This document shows, piece by piece, positions 8,920 to 19,710 of a stretch of 64,000 nt of DNA (within the stretch, counting starts at the first letter, position 1; each line of letters begins with the position of its first letter). This stretch comes from Chloroflexota bacterium. Lineage in GTDB: Bacteria; Chloroflexota; Chloroflexia; QHBQ01. The stretch is from assembly GCA_043754535.1 (NCBI GenBank), contig JAYUUN010000124.1:6454-70453 (forward strand), written 5' to 3'. A program made the position numbers and the translations under genes. The notes beneath the pieces were generated by a model. That model made no database searches. It was given only the letters and a program-made list of their open reading frames with translations, and had not been told where the DNA came from.

Positions 8920-11900
8920 GTGAAGATGTCCGTACCCTACAACGGGCCTGAAGATCAGGCAGCAGAGGCGGCCAGCCAGCAATGGTCGGTGCCAGAGGGT
9001 CAGCCAGCAGCAGTAGAGCCGCAGGCCGAAGCCGCGCATGAGGCCGCTCTGGCAAAGGAGAGCGCAGAGGTCGCTGCCCGCGCCACTACCGAGGCCGAAG
9101 CGGACGAGCCAATCCCTGCCGAGCAGTACGTGGCGGCCAGCACCCCCCTGCCGGTTATCGCTCCCATCCGCTCTGCCCGCCCCCGCCGCGAGAGCCAGCC
9201 GCGTGACTGGCGGATGATCGGTTTGCTCAGTCTGCTGCTGCTGCTAGCTGCCTTCTTTCGCTTCAGCGGCATGGATTGGGACAACGGCAACCACCGCCAC
9301 CCCGACGAGCGGTTCGTCGCTGCCGACATCATCTACCGGATCAGTTGGAACCTCCCCTTCGACTTCAAGGTGGTCGGCAAGGATGGGGCGGAGGTGCCGA
9401 AGGATGGGCTGACCATCTGGAACATCCCCCCTGGCGATAAGGTGCTGAACACCACAGGGCAGGAGGTTAGCGCACCCTGGGGCATCCTTGCCGACGTGGA
9501 CAACAGCCCGATCAGCACCCGCCACCGCGTGCCGGACGGGGGGGCAGGGGGAGTACGCCCCAGCTTCAACGACTTCTCCTACGGTAGCCTGCCGCTCTAC
9601 CTGACTAAGGTGCTGCATGGGCCGGTTACGGGGCTGTTCAACGTCCTCAGCCCAGTGCTAGGCAAGGGCTGGAAGGAGATAGATGGGGCGGACAACAATG
9701 ATGCACGCTACTTCCTGGTTGGTCGCTTCCTCAGCAGCCTGGCCGACCTCGGCACCGTGCTGCTCGTCTTCCTGATCGGGCGGCGCATCTACGGCAAGTG
9801 GGCGGGCCTGTTCGCCGCCGCCCTGATCGCTTTCAGCGTGACCAACATTCAGCTAGCCCACTTCATCACCACCGACTCGTTCGTCACCTTCTTCGTTACC
9901 CTGACCATCTACTTCGCGGTGCGGATCATGCAGCAGGGGGGTTGGGGGTCGGCGATCCTGGCGGGCCTGGCCCTTGGCTTTGCTATGGCAACCAAGATCA
10001 CGATTGTGCCACTAGCGATTGTGATCGTCGTTGCCTACGCCCTGCGGGCTATCTACGCCAACCGTAGCCGCCAACTAGGGGCTGTCTACGACGACCCGAT
10101 TGGCCTGCGTCCCGCCAGCCCCTTCGAGCGCGACCACCGGGTTAGCGTGTTCGTCCACTCACTGCCCCGCTTGATCGCCAGTGTGGTCTTCACCCTGGTC
10201 GGCTTCGAGATCGGCGAACCCTACGCCCTGTTCCGCTTGCGCGAGTACCTGGGCATTGTCGGCTACCAAAACAACATCATGCGCGGCCTGACCGACGTAC
10301 CATACACGCGCCAGTACATCGGTACCAACATCTTCTACCACCCTGGCAACCTCTACCTGTGGGGCTTCGGGGTGATCGCGGGTACGGTAGTGTTTGCTGC
10401 GCTCGTCTTCATGCTGATCCGCTTCGCCTTTGACTTCGCGGGTATCTTCGAGTTGCTCTACAACCAGGCACGGCGGCTGGCCCAGCGCGGGGCTGCTAGC
10501 CTGGCGATTGCGGTGGGCGGGGCGGTGCTGGCCCTGGTCGCCCTCTACTTCGCCATGCGGATACTGCTCAGCCTGTTCGCGCCAACCTTGCAGACCCTGG
10601 TTGGCGGCAGTGGTGACCCGAATGACATCTTCAAGTACGGCATTGCTGGGCTGATCGGGCTGATCGGCTTCAGCCTGCTGATCCTCAGCCTGCACTACAT
10701 CACACCAGGGGAGATGCTGCTCTTTAGCGCAGGTATCCCCTATGCCGCCCTGATCCTCTCGCTTGAGGCAAAGTGGATGCGCTATACTTTGCCGCTGGTG
10801 CCGATCCTCGCGCTGCTTACCGCTGGGGCGTTGTGCATCGTCTACCGCTGGGCGCGGCAGCGTTGGCCGCAGGCCCAGGGCCGCTTCCGCGTCACCCGCG
10901 TCGTGCAGGCGGTGGGCATGATCGCAGTGGTCGGTGGCTTCCTCTGGGCGGTCGCCTACAACGCGATCTACACCACCGACCACACCTCGGTAGACGCTAC
11001 CAACTGGGCCAACCGCAACATCCCTGCGGGCGCAGTAGTGGCGAAGGACGGCGCAAACTGGGAGGAAGGATTCCCAGTTGGTTCAGGTGTCAAGGGGCCA
11101 GCCAGTCGCTTCAGCATGACCGACATCGAAGGTCACGGCATGGATATGCCCGGCCCTCAGGCCTTGCAGGCCTACAAGGACAAGCTAAAGAGCATTGACT
11201 ACATCGTAATTGTCAGCAACCGCTTCTACGGCACCCTCTACAAGATGCCCTGGCGTTACCCAGTGGCGACCCGCTACTATGAGTTGCTGCTCAGTGGCAA
11301 GCTCGGCTTCGAGATGGTGCATGATGCCAGGAGCTTCCCCCGCATCTTCGGCTTCGAGATCGACGATAGCCACGCCGACGAGAGCTTTACCGTTTACGAT
11401 CACCCGCGCACGATGATCTTCAAGAAGACGCGGGAGTTGGCAGATGAGGATTACGCGGTGCTGTTTGGCAATGTTGTGGATCGCCCGGTTTCGCAGGCGC
11501 GCTACAACCCACCGGTGCCACCCTACACGATCAACGGCAACGTGCCGGTTGACAAGCTGATGAAGCTGGACATCGAGCCATCGAAGGCTCCGGTGGTAGA
11601 CGACTACGCCTGGAACACAACCGCCAACGACAACCAGATCGTGGCGATCATCCTCTGGCTGCTGGCGATCTACCTGCTCGGCTTCCTGGCCCAGCCGCTC
11701 ACCTGGGGGATGTTCCGCTGGCTGCCAGACCGCGGCTACATCTTTAGCAAAGTAGTAGCCCTGGTGCTGGTCGCCTTCTTCGCCTGGCTACTGGCTAGCC
11801 TGCACATTGCGATGTTCAGCGTGTGGACGATCCTCGGCTGCGTGGTCTTGCTCAGCCTGCTCAGTGGCTACGTCTGGCGCAGCAAGCGGGAGCAGATGGT

Positions 11901-14900
11901 CGCCTGGTTTAGGGCAAGCTGGAAGCTAGTGCTGGCGGTGGAGTTGGTCTTCATCCTTTCCTTCTTCTTCCAGTTGTGGCTGCGTAGCCTCAATCCTGAC
12001 CTCTGGGGGCCAACCTACGGTGGCGAACGCCCGATGGAGTTTAGCTACCTCAACTCGGTGCTGCGCGCCCCCTGGATGCCGCCTGGCAATGCCTTTTTCG
12101 GCGGCAACATGATCAACTACTACTACTACGGCTACGTGATACTGGCGGTGCCAATCAAGTTGACCGGCATTATCCCCACCATCGCCTTCAACCTCAGCAT
12201 GGCCCTCGTCTTTGCCCTGATCGCAGCGGGTGTGGCTAGCGTCGTCTACAACCTGATCGCCTTCAGCCGCCAGCGGCGGGAGCAAACGGAGCAGCCTTAC
12301 AACACGGCGGGCGGCTTCAACGGTACTGCCATGCGCTACGGGGTGCTGGCAACCTTCCTCACCCTATACATCGGCAACATATTTGGCGGCCTGATTGCCC
12401 TCTACAACCGCGTTGGCTTTGTCGGTGACACGGTCCTGCCCTGGTTCTACAATCTCGGCCTAGAACCCTCGCGGGTGACTGAGGCGATCCAGGGTGGCTA
12501 CAACTTCTTTACTACCACCCGCATCTACGCCCACGGTGGTTATATGATCCAGGAGTTCCCCTACTGGAGCTTCCTCTATGGCGACCTGCACCCCCATATG
12601 ATGGTCATCCCTTTCGCCCTGCTCGCGGGGGTATTCGCCCTCAACTTCGCCTTTGACACAAAGGGGACAGAGCGATGGCTGACCTACGAGCAGCCGAGCG
12701 GTCGCTGGCCGCAACGCCTCACCAACTTCTTCCAGCGGTCTGGCACGCTCTGGAGCGACAACTTCGCCCTCGGCCTGCTCACCCTACTCACGGCGGCGAT
12801 CAACCTCGGCAGCCTGTTTGTGGTCAACTCCTGGGACTTCCCAACCTACGTGGTCGTCACCCTGGGGGGGATGCTAGTCCCGCTATTCATCCGCGAGCGA
12901 GTGCTGGGCCGCAACGAGGCTCTGTTGAGCCGCCCAACCGCGATCCTCGGCCAGCTAGCCAACTTCGGCGGGCTGGTTGGCCTCTCGCTACTCGCCTACC
13001 TGCCCTTCTTCATCAACTTCAAAGTATTCTACAGCAAGGTGGGGGTAGTGCCAGAAGACAGCCGCACTCGGCTGGGCGAGTTCCTGGTAGTCTGGGGGCT
13101 GTTCGTCGTCCTTGCCGCTGCCTATGTGCTGCTGCGTCTGGCGGGGGTGAAGTGGATACCGCGCAGCCTCGGCTTGCGTCCCGCCCGCAGCCTCAGGTCG
13201 GTTAGCGGCTTCCTCGCCCCTGGCTTTGTCCCACGCGAGGAGGGAGAAGGGGAGAGCGTCACCACCAACGTTAGCAGCGACGGTCACCCCGCCAGCAACG
13301 GCCACGAGCCAGAGGCGGCTAGCAATGGTAACGGCCACAACGAGGAGGCTAACCCCACTGCCCTACCAGTGCGCGGCACCATGCGCGTCCGCACGATCAA
13401 CCGGGTGGTAGAGGAGGTCTCTAATGACTATCCCGCCCACCCCTACCTCTGGACAGAGCCGGAGCAGTCAGCCAGCGCACCCGCGCCCATAACAGAGCAG
13501 GCCACAGGGCTGGCCGAGCATGAGGCGCAGCCAGTAGAAACAAGCAGCGTACCAAGCTACCCCTGGGCAGCAGATGTAGGGGAGCAGCCCGCTGTTGAGG
13601 AGGAGAGGCAGCCACTCGCAGCTACCCCTTCGCTGCCAGCCGTGCAGCCACGTCCGCTGCGCTCGATTGGTGTCGCAGGTTTGAGCCTGGCTCTGCCTGC
13701 TCCTATCCCTCTGCTGGCTACGCTACTGGTGCTGGCTGGGGCAGTGCTGCTAATGGCAAGAGGGCTGCCGGTAGTGGGGATGCTCGCGCTGCTGGTCGGT
13801 CTCGGCGTGGTCACACTGTTTGGGCGGCGCAACGACCGCGCTGGGATGTTCGCCAACCTGATCCTGCTTGGTGGGGTGGGCATCACCCTGGCGGTGGAGT
13901 TGGTCTACCTGGTAGACTTCAATAACAGCCGCATGAACACGGTCTTCAAGTTCTACGAGCAAGCCTGGGTACTGCTGGGCATGGCAGGGGCGATGGTCCT
14001 CTACTACATCTACGATGGCCGCGACGAGGCGATCCTGGCCGACGAGGGTCGCAGCCCCGCTCGCACTACCGCTACCGTCACACTCGAACAGAGCGTCCCT
14101 ACCCTCTCGCCCGACGAGCCAGAGCGCAATGAGGCTGCCGCAGCGGAGACGACTGCCCCCGCAAGCAACATCGCCAGCTACGGCGCGACTAGCGACGAAG
14201 CAGCGGTCAACCCGCTGCCAACTGATCAGGACGCGAGCAACGTCGCTGACTATGGCGCAGTTGCGGCGACGACCGACCCGGAAGGGGACGAGCCAACAGG
14301 CTACGATGCGACCAGCTACGATACTGCCAACAGTGAGGTAGCCGCCGCTGCCCACAATCTTAGCTACAACGACGGGGATGCAGCGGCGACGGTGGGCGAA
14401 GCCAGCCCCGAAGAAGCCGCACCGATAGTGGTGAAGGTAATCCCAGAGGAGCCGCAGGAGCCGCAGCCAGAACCGCAGCGTGGCTGGTGGAGCCAACAGT
14501 TCAAGCCGCCACTAGGTGGAGCTAGCTTCGCCTACCGCCTGGTCTTCACCCCGATCTTCCTGGTGCTGCTGCTAGTCAGCCTCGGCTTCAACTTCTTTGG
14601 CACGCCCAGCCGCCTCTCAGACAACAACCGCTTTGGCCCTGGTTCACCGACTGGCACGCTGGACGGCATGGCCTGGATGAAGATGGCGGTGCTACAACCG
14701 GGCTATGATGATGTTCACAAGAGTGGCCGCCTTGAGTTCAAGTATGAGTACGAAGCGATCAACTGGCTGCTCAAGAACCTCAAGGGTACGCCGATGGTCG
14801 TCTCCGCCCCTGCCGAATACTATCGCGGGGCGGGCAACTTCCCCTCGATGTTCACTGGCTTTCCCACGATTATCAACCCGCAACACCCTGGTGAGCAGTA

Positions 14901-15795
14901 TTACGACTTCCAGGTACAGGAGCGGGTCGGTGATCGCGGGGCAGGTCGGATAGGCGACGGCGATTTGATCTACGAGTCCACCGACCCCTACGCGACCAGC
15001 GACCTGATCGCCAAGTATGGTGTGCGCTACATCTACGTCGGGCAGATAGAACACATCCGCTACGACTACGCCTACAACCAGGCCAACAAGTTCGACGACA
15101 TGACGAAGGCAGGCATCCTACGGAAGGTCTACGATGGGCCAGATGGCAAGGTGCAAATCTACGCAGTCGGTAGCAGCGACTCGTCTACTCTCGCGGGTGA
15201 TACAATGAGCGGCAAGCCACGCCCATCCCCCACCCCCAAGCCGACCCCCACCCCGCGCCCCGGTGTCACCCCGATCCCGGTCGGCGTTGACCCCAAGCTG
15301 GATGCTTTGCGGGCTGCATCGGAAGCCAGCCCGAACGACGTGGAAGCTCACCGCGCCCTGGCTATCTACTACCGGGAGATCAAGAAGCCGGACGAGGCGA
15401 TCTTCCAGTTTGGCGAGGCGGTGCGCTTGCAGCCCGACGATGTAGCCTCCTGGCAGCAGATGGGCGACCTCTACATGAGTATTGAGCAACCCGACCTGGC
15501 TCTCAAGACCTGGGAGACTGCTTCGGAGAAGAACCCGCTCAATGCAGCCGCCTGGAACAAGCTGGGCTATGCCTACCGCGACCGTGGCCGTGACGGTGAC
15601 GCGGTGGTGGCCTTCCTCAAGGCAGTCAACGCGGAGAAGAAGTTTGCGGAAGGCTGGTACCAACTGGGCCAGACTTATGAGAAGCAGGGCCAGATCGATG
15701 CGGCGAAGGGTGCCTACCGCGACTGTATCGCCAACGCCGAACAAGATAACCCCTTTGTCAAGCAGGCACAGGAGCGGCTCGACGCGCTGAAGTAG
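8920..15795 (+). CDS. 2291-aa fusion: GT39/PMT_2-like GT-C glycosyltransferase + DUF2298 (Chlor_Arch_YYY) membrane domain + C-terminal TPRs
   Basis: N module has HPDERF and GRFLSSLADLGT...AHFITTD. Second module has GGERPMEFSYLNS, NYYYYGY, EFPYWSFLYGDLHPH, NSWDFPTY and RMNTVFKFY. A PTPKPTPTP linker precedes about 4 TPRs. Confidence 0.85.
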   Translation: MKMSVPYNGPEDQAAEAASQQWSVPEGQPAAVEPQAEAAHEAALAKESAEVAARATTEAEADEPIPAEQYVAASTPLPVIAPIRSARPRRESQPRDWRMIGLLSLLLLLAAFFRFSGMDWDNGNHRHPDERFVAADIIYRISWNLPFDFKVVGKDGAEVPKDGLTIWNIPPGDKVLNTTGQEVSAPWGILADVDNSPISTRHRVPDGGAGGVRPSFNDFSYGSLPLYLTKVLHGPVTGLFNVLSPVLGKGWKEIDGADNNDARYFLVGRFLSSLADLGTVLLVFLIGRRIYGKWAGLFAAALIAFSVTNIQLAHFITTDSFVTFFVTLTIYFAVRIMQQGGWGSAILAGLALGFAMATKITIVPLAIVIVVAYALRAIYANRSRQLGAVYDDPIGLRPASPFERDHRVSVFVHSLPRLIASVVFTLVGFEIGEPYALFRLREYLGIVGYQNNIMRGLTDVPYTRQYIGTNIFYHPGNLYLWGFGVIAGTVVFAALVFMLIRFAFDFAGIFELLYNQARRLAQRGAASLAIAVGGAVLALVALYFAMRILLSLFAPTLQTLVGGSGDPNDIFKYGIAGLIGLIGFSLLILSLHYITPGEMLLFSAGIPYAALILSLEAKWMRYTLPLVPILALLTAGALCIVYRWARQRWPQAQGRFRVTRVVQAVGMIAVVGGFLWAVAYNAIYTTDHTSVDATNWANRNIPAGAVVAKDGANWEEGFPVGSGVKGPASRFSMTDIEGHGMDMPGPQALQAYKDKLKSIDYIVIVSNRFYGTLYKMPWRYPVATRYYELLLSGKLGFEMVHDARSFPRIFGFEIDDSHADESFTVYDHPRTMIFKKTRELADEDYAVLFGNVVDRPVSQARYNPPVPPYTINGNVPVDKLMKLDIEPSKAPVVDDYAWNTTANDNQIVAIILWLLAIYLLGFLAQPLTWGMFRWLPDRGYIFSKVVALVLVAFFAWLLASLHIAMFSVWTILGCVVLLSLLSGYVWRSKREQMVAWFRASWKLVLAVELVFILSFFFQLWLRSLNPDLWGPTYGGERPMEFSYLNSVLRAPWMPPGNAFFGGNMINYYYYGYVILAVPIKLTGIIPTIAFNLSMALVFALIAAGVASVVYNLIAFSRQRREQTEQPYNTAGGFNGTAMRYGVLATFLTLYIGNIFGGLIALYNRVGFVGDTVLPWFYNLGLEPSRVTEAIQGGYNFFTTTRIYAHGGYMIQEFPYWSFLYGDLHPHMMVIPFALLAGVFALNFAFDTKGTERWLTYEQPSGRWPQRLTNFFQRSGTLWSDNFALGLLTLLTAAINLGSLFVVNSWDFPTYVVVTLGGMLVPLFIRERVLGRNEALLSRPTAILGQLANFGGLVGLSLLAYLPFFINFKVFYSKVGVVPEDSRTRLGEFLVVWGLFVVLAAAYVLLRLAGVKWIPRSLGLRPARSLRSVSGFLAPGFVPREEGEGESVTTNVSSDGHPASNGHEPEAASNGNGHNEEANPTALPVRGTMRVRTINRVVEEVSNDYPAHPYLWTEPEQSASAPAPITEQATGLAEHEAQPVETSSVPSYPWAADVGEQPAVEEERQPLAATPSLPAVQPRPLRSIGVAGLSLALPAPIPLLATLLVLAGAVLLMARGLPVVGMLALLVGLGVVTLFGRRNDRAGMFANLILLGGVGITLAVELVYLVDFNNSRMNTVFKFYEQAWVLLGMAGAMVLYYIYDGRDEAILADEGRSPARTTATVTLEQSVPTLSPDEPERNEAAAAETTAPASNIASYGATSDEAAVNPLPTDQDASNVADYGAVAATTDPEGDEPTGYDATSYDTANSEVAAAAHNLSYNDGDAAATVGEASPEEAAPIVVKVIPEEPQEPQPEPQRGWWSQQFKPPLGGASFAYRLVFTPIFLVLLLVSLGFNFFGTPSRLSDNNRFGPGSPTGTLDGMAWMKMAVLQPGYDDVHKSGRLEFKYEYEAINWLLKNLKGTPMVVSAPAEYYRGAGNFPSMFTGFPTIINPQHPGEQYYDFQVQERVGDRGAGRIGDGDLIYESTDPYATSDLIAKYGVRYIYVGQIEHIRYDYAYNQANKFDDMTKAGILRKVYDGPDGKVQIYAVGSSDSSTLAGDTMSGKPRPSPTPKPTPTPRPGVTPIPVGVDPKLDALRAASEASPNDVEAHRALAIYYREIKKPDEAIFQFGEAVRLQPDDVASWQQMGDLYMSIEQPDLALKTWETASEKNPLNAAAWNKLGYAYRDRGRDGDAVVAFLKAVNAEKKFAEGWYQLGQTYEKQGQIDAAKGAYRDCIANAEQDNPFVKQAQERLDALK

Positions 15796-15889
15796 ACAGT
15801 GGGTGACGAGTGATGTGGTGGGTGATTGGCAGTGAGCAAGGGCGGCAGCTTGTTGCTGATTACCTGCTACTGTCATAGCTAGGGAGAAG

Positions 15890-18727
15890 ATGATGCTCGA
15901 TTTGTTTACCTGGTGGGTGATGGTAGAGGTGATCGGCCTGGTGGCCTTCCCGATCATGATGGTGCTAGCCCGCAAGCTGCCTGGGCGCGGCTATGCCTTC
16001 AGCAAGGTGCTGGGCATCCTGCTGCTCAGCTACGGCACGTGGCTGTTGGCGAACCTGCACATCGCAGCCTTCAGTCAGGGGTTGATCGTCTTCGTGCTGC
16101 TGCTGATCAGCGGCTTCTCCGCCTGGCTGCTGCTGCGGGCAGGTGGGAGCGGCTTGGCCGACCTACGCGCCTTTGTGCGCCAGAAGCGCAGCGTGATCGT
16201 TGGTACCGAGGTGGTCTTCCTCATCTTCTTCCTGGCCTGGGCCTTCTTCCGCGCCCTCGACCCCGACATGAACGGGCAAGAGAAGTGGATGGACTTTGGC
16301 TTCATCAACTCGATCCTCAGCAGCGACTATATGCCACCCAAAGATATGTGGATGAGCGGCTACCTCACCAACTACTACTACTTCGGCTACATGATGGCCG
16401 CCACCCTGATCAAGCTCAGTGGCATCAACCAGAATGTGGGCTACAACCTTAGCAACATCCTGGTCTTCGCGCTGGCCGCTGTCGGCTGCTACGGCCTTGT
16501 CTACGAGATGGTTAGCTTGCGCCTGCGTGGCCGCCAAGACGAAGCCGACCCCGAACTCTCATCCTTTGAGGGAGAAGACAGGGCGGCTATTGTTACCCAG
16601 CAGATCGTCACCAGCGATGGCCGCCAGGAGAAGGTGTTCTCTAGCGATGACAACCAGAACTTCACCATAGAAGCATCTCCCCTCGTGGAGGAGAGCAGGG
16701 TGGGGGTGCGCCGCAGCTTCGCCCGCGATTCGCTGCCGCACCTGATTGGCGTGTTTGCCGCCTTGCTAATCATGATGGGCGGCAGCCTCGCCAACGTGCA
16801 GCCGTGGCTACAGCCCGCCTACACCGTCGCTGCCCAGCAGGTCGGAGCCTGGGCCGAGCCACCACAGCCGTTCTGGAGCGATGCAGTGTGGAACGGTAGC
16901 TGGTATGGCCTTCCCTGGAACGCTACCCGCCTGATCCACGACTGGCAGAATGGGCAAAAGGAGCCAGCGGACTACGGCAATATCACTGAAACGCCCAACT
17001 TCAGCGCGGTATTGAACGACTTCCACCCGCACTACAGCGCGTTGCCGCTAACCATCCTCGCGCTCGCCCTCGCTCTAGCCCTGATGGTAGGTGGCTTTGG
17101 GCGGCGGTCGCTGCTGGCGCGTGGCCTGGACAGCCGCTTGAGCCTGATCGTCACGGCGGTGGTAGTTGGCTGCCTCTATTTCGCCAACACCTGGGACTAC
17201 CCCACCTACCTACTAGTCGTCGTGCTGGTGCTGCTGGCTAACCGCCTGCGCCTGCCTGCAATCGCCCACGATGCGTTGCCAGAAGGCAAGTCGGCGGCAG
17301 CCCTCGGCTTCGCAGCGATCCAGGTGGGCGCACGGCAGGTGGAAGGCGGGCCGCAGGTTTCACCCCTGGATCGGCTCAATGCCTGGCTCGAACCACGCCG
17401 CTGGCTCGGCTGGCTGGTGCAGGCGGGTACGCTGGTTGCCCTCAGCCTGCTAGCCGTTGTCCCCTACCTGCTCACCTACAAGGCTCCTTTCGGCACGGCC
17501 AACCTGCCCGACAACCTCAAGGACAACTTCCTGGTCAACCTGCCACTCGTCAAGAGCCTGCTCAACATCTTCACCCCCAACTTCTACGACAAGTCGTTTG
17601 AAGGCTTCCTGATCCTATTTGGCGTGTCGCTCTATGCTATCGTTACTTACCTGGTGGCCCAGGTGGTGATCACCGCCCGCAAGGGGCTGACTACCAGCTT
17701 CTTCGTCGCGGGCGGGGCAATGGCAGCCAGCCTACTGCTGGCCTTCGCCTTCAAGTTTCCGCTCCTGCCTCTGCTCGTCCTATTGATCGCAGGCAGCATC
17801 TACGTGCTGGTGCGCGGGGCCGAATTGCCAACCGCAGATCGCTTCGCCCTACTGCTGATCGGGGTGGCTAGCTTCGTTGCGCTCGGCTGCGAGATGTTCT
17901 TCCTCAACGACGTGTTCAACAAGCGGATGAACACCCTGTTCAAGTTCTACTACCAACTGTGGCTGATCTTTGGCCTGCTGGCGGCCTACGCCGCCTGGTG
18001 GGTAGGTGGCAGGGTGTTTGGCTACGCCCGCGAGTGGCGAGAGGAGCGAGCGCGCCCCAACCCCGCACTGGGAGCAGCAACGGCGGTCTGGGCAGTCGGC
18101 TTCAGCTTCCTGGTGCTGCTAGCGGCGATCTACCCGATGGTCAACATCCGCACCCGCCTGCTCGACAATGGGGCGATCAGCCGCGATGGGAAGGCGGTCA
18201 GCCGCCCTCTCAGCCTCGATAGCTGGGCGGAGTTCGCGGGCAAGATCGGCATCGGCGGCGACTTGCAGGCGATGGACTGGCTGCGAGCCAATACCCCTGG
18301 TGATGCGACGATCCTCGAAGCCAACCCCGATCAGGAGTACCAATTGGCGAACGGTGGCCGGGTCAGCAGCTACACTGGACGACCCGCCGTTCTTGCCTGG
18401 CAGGGCCACGAGCGGCAGTGGCACAAGGGTGACGATATCACCAACAAGGCGATAGATCAGCGGCTAACCGATGTCAAGCTGTTCTACACCATGACCGGGG
18501 CGGGGCCAGTACAAAGCGTTGTAGATAAATACAAAGTGGACTATGTCTTCTACGGCAGCGCAGAGAAGGCTTTGGACGCTGGTGGTAAGACGCAGCAGGC
18601 CTTGGACAGCCTCTACACCCGCGCCTACTCTGGCCCAGGGGTAGTGATCTACGCCACACCGCACTCGGCTCCAGGCCCGCTCTACCCCAGCCGCGACACG
18701 TCTGGCCGCCCGGCGGCACGGCCATGA
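15890..18727 (+). CDS. DUF2298 / YYY-domain membrane protein (predicted GT-C fold)
   Basis: GQEKWMDFGFINS, NYYYFGY, NDFHPH, NTWDYPTY, RMNTLFKFYYQ and GRVSSYTGRPAVLAWQGHERQW. Confidence 0.88.
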   Translation: MMLDLFTWWVMVEVIGLVAFPIMMVLARKLPGRGYAFSKVLGILLLSYGTWLLANLHIAAFSQGLIVFVLLLISGFSAWLLLRAGGSGLADLRAFVRQKRSVIVGTEVVFLIFFLAWAFFRALDPDMNGQEKWMDFGFINSILSSDYMPPKDMWMSGYLTNYYYFGYMMAATLIKLSGINQNVGYNLSNILVFALAAVGCYGLVYEMVSLRLRGRQDEADPELSSFEGEDRAAIVTQQIVTSDGRQEKVFSSDDNQNFTIEASPLVEESRVGVRRSFARDSLPHLIGVFAALLIMMGGSLANVQPWLQPAYTVAAQQVGAWAEPPQPFWSDAVWNGSWYGLPWNATRLIHDWQNGQKEPADYGNITETPNFSAVLNDFHPHYSALPLTILALALALALMVGGFGRRSLLARGLDSRLSLIVTAVVVGCLYFANTWDYPTYLLVVVLVLLANRLRLPAIAHDALPEGKSAAALGFAAIQVGARQVEGGPQVSPLDRLNAWLEPRRWLGWLVQAGTLVALSLLAVVPYLLTYKAPFGTANLPDNLKDNFLVNLPLVKSLLNIFTPNFYDKSFEGFLILFGVSLYAIVTYLVAQVVITARKGLTTSFFVAGGAMAASLLLAFAFKFPLLPLLVLLIAGSIYVLVRGAELPTADRFALLLIGVASFVALGCEMFFLNDVFNKRMNTLFKFYYQLWLIFGLLAAYAAWWVGGRVFGYAREWREERARPNPALGAATAVWAVGFSFLVLLAAIYPMVNIRTRLLDNGAISRDGKAVSRPLSLDSWAEFAGKIGIGGDLQAMDWLRANTPGDATILEANPDQEYQLANGGRVSSYTGRPAVLAWQGHERQWHKGDDITNKAIDQRLTDVKLFYTMTGAGPVQSVVDKYKVDYVFYGSAEKALDAGGKTQQALDSLYTRAYSGPGVVIYATPHSAPGPLYPSRDTSGRPAARP

Positions 18728-19707
18728 GTGTGCGTGTCTTCAGTGGGGCGCGCCCAACCGGGCGGCAGCACATCGGCAACTACCTGGGCGCGATCCAGAA
18801 CTATGTAGCCTTGCAGCAGGACAGCAACAATGACTGTATCTACTGCATTGTAGACTACCATGCGCTGACCACGATGGAGGAGGTAGGCGTGGGTCGGATG
18901 CAGAGCAACATCCGCGAGATGGCCGCTGACTGGCTGGCGGCGGGTCTCGACCCACAGCGCAGCACAATCTTTGTGCAGTCGCAGGTGCCGGAGGTAGCCG
19001 AGTTGATGATCTGCCTGGGCATGGTCACACCGATTGGCAAGCTGATGCGCTCGCCCAGCTTCAAGGAGAAGGTCAAGCACCACCCCGACAACGTGAACTA
19101 CGGGCTGCTCGGCTACCCTGTGCTGATGGCGGCGGACATACTGCTTTACAAGGCGCAGCTAGTGCCGGTTGGCGAAGACCAGATTGCCCATCTGGAGTTG
19201 GCACGGGAGATAGTGCGCCGCTTCAACTATCACTTTGGCGAGACCTTTCCAGAGCCGGAGCCGCTGCTGACCAGCTTCCCTCGCGTGATGGGCGTGGACG
19301 CGGTGCATAAGATGAGTAAGAGCCTTAACAACCACATCGAATTGGCGGCCAGCGAGGAGGAGACCCGCGCCCGCGTGTTGGAGATGACTACCGACCCTCA
19401 GCGCAAGACCCGCCAAGACCCTGGTAGGCCCGAACTATGCAACGTCTACCAGCTACACAACTACTTCAATGCGGGTGAGACGGCAGCGATGGTGCGGCGC
19501 GAGTGCAGCACGGCGGGGATCGGCTGTGTGGAGTGCAAGGGACTGCTGGCCGCTGGGGTGAACACGAGGCTGGCGGCCTTCCGCGCCCGCCGCGCCGAGG
19601 TCAGCGACAGCAAAATCCGCGAGGTGCTAGCCGCCGGAGCGGAGAAGGCCCGCCCCCTAGCCCAGGCCACCCTACGCGAGGTCAAGCAAAAGATGGGGTT
19701 GATTTAG
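18724..19707 (+). CDS. trpS: Tryptophan--tRNA ligase
   Basis: FSGARPTG..HIGNY, YPVLMAADILLY, VPVGEDQ and KMSKS. Confidence 0.96.
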   Translation: MSVRVFSGARPTGRQHIGNYLGAIQNYVALQQDSNNDCIYCIVDYHALTTMEEVGVGRMQSNIREMAADWLAAGLDPQRSTIFVQSQVPEVAELMICLGMVTPIGKLMRSPSFKEKVKHHPDNVNYGLLGYPVLMAADILLYKAQLVPVGEDQIAHLELAREIVRRFNYHFGETFPEPEPLLTSFPRVMGVDAVHKMSKSLNNHIELAASEEETRARVLEMTTDPQRKTRQDPGRPELCNVYQLHNYFNAGETAAMVRRECSTAGIGCVECKGLLAAGVNTRLAAFRARRAEVSDSKIREVLAAGAEKARPLAQATLREVKQKMGLI

Positions 19708-19710
19708 CCA

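Noticed and set aside
12118-12129. (TAC)4 microsatellite, and (TAC)3 at about 16373
   Set aside because: These encode the conserved YYY motif of DUF2298 and are not contingency repeats.
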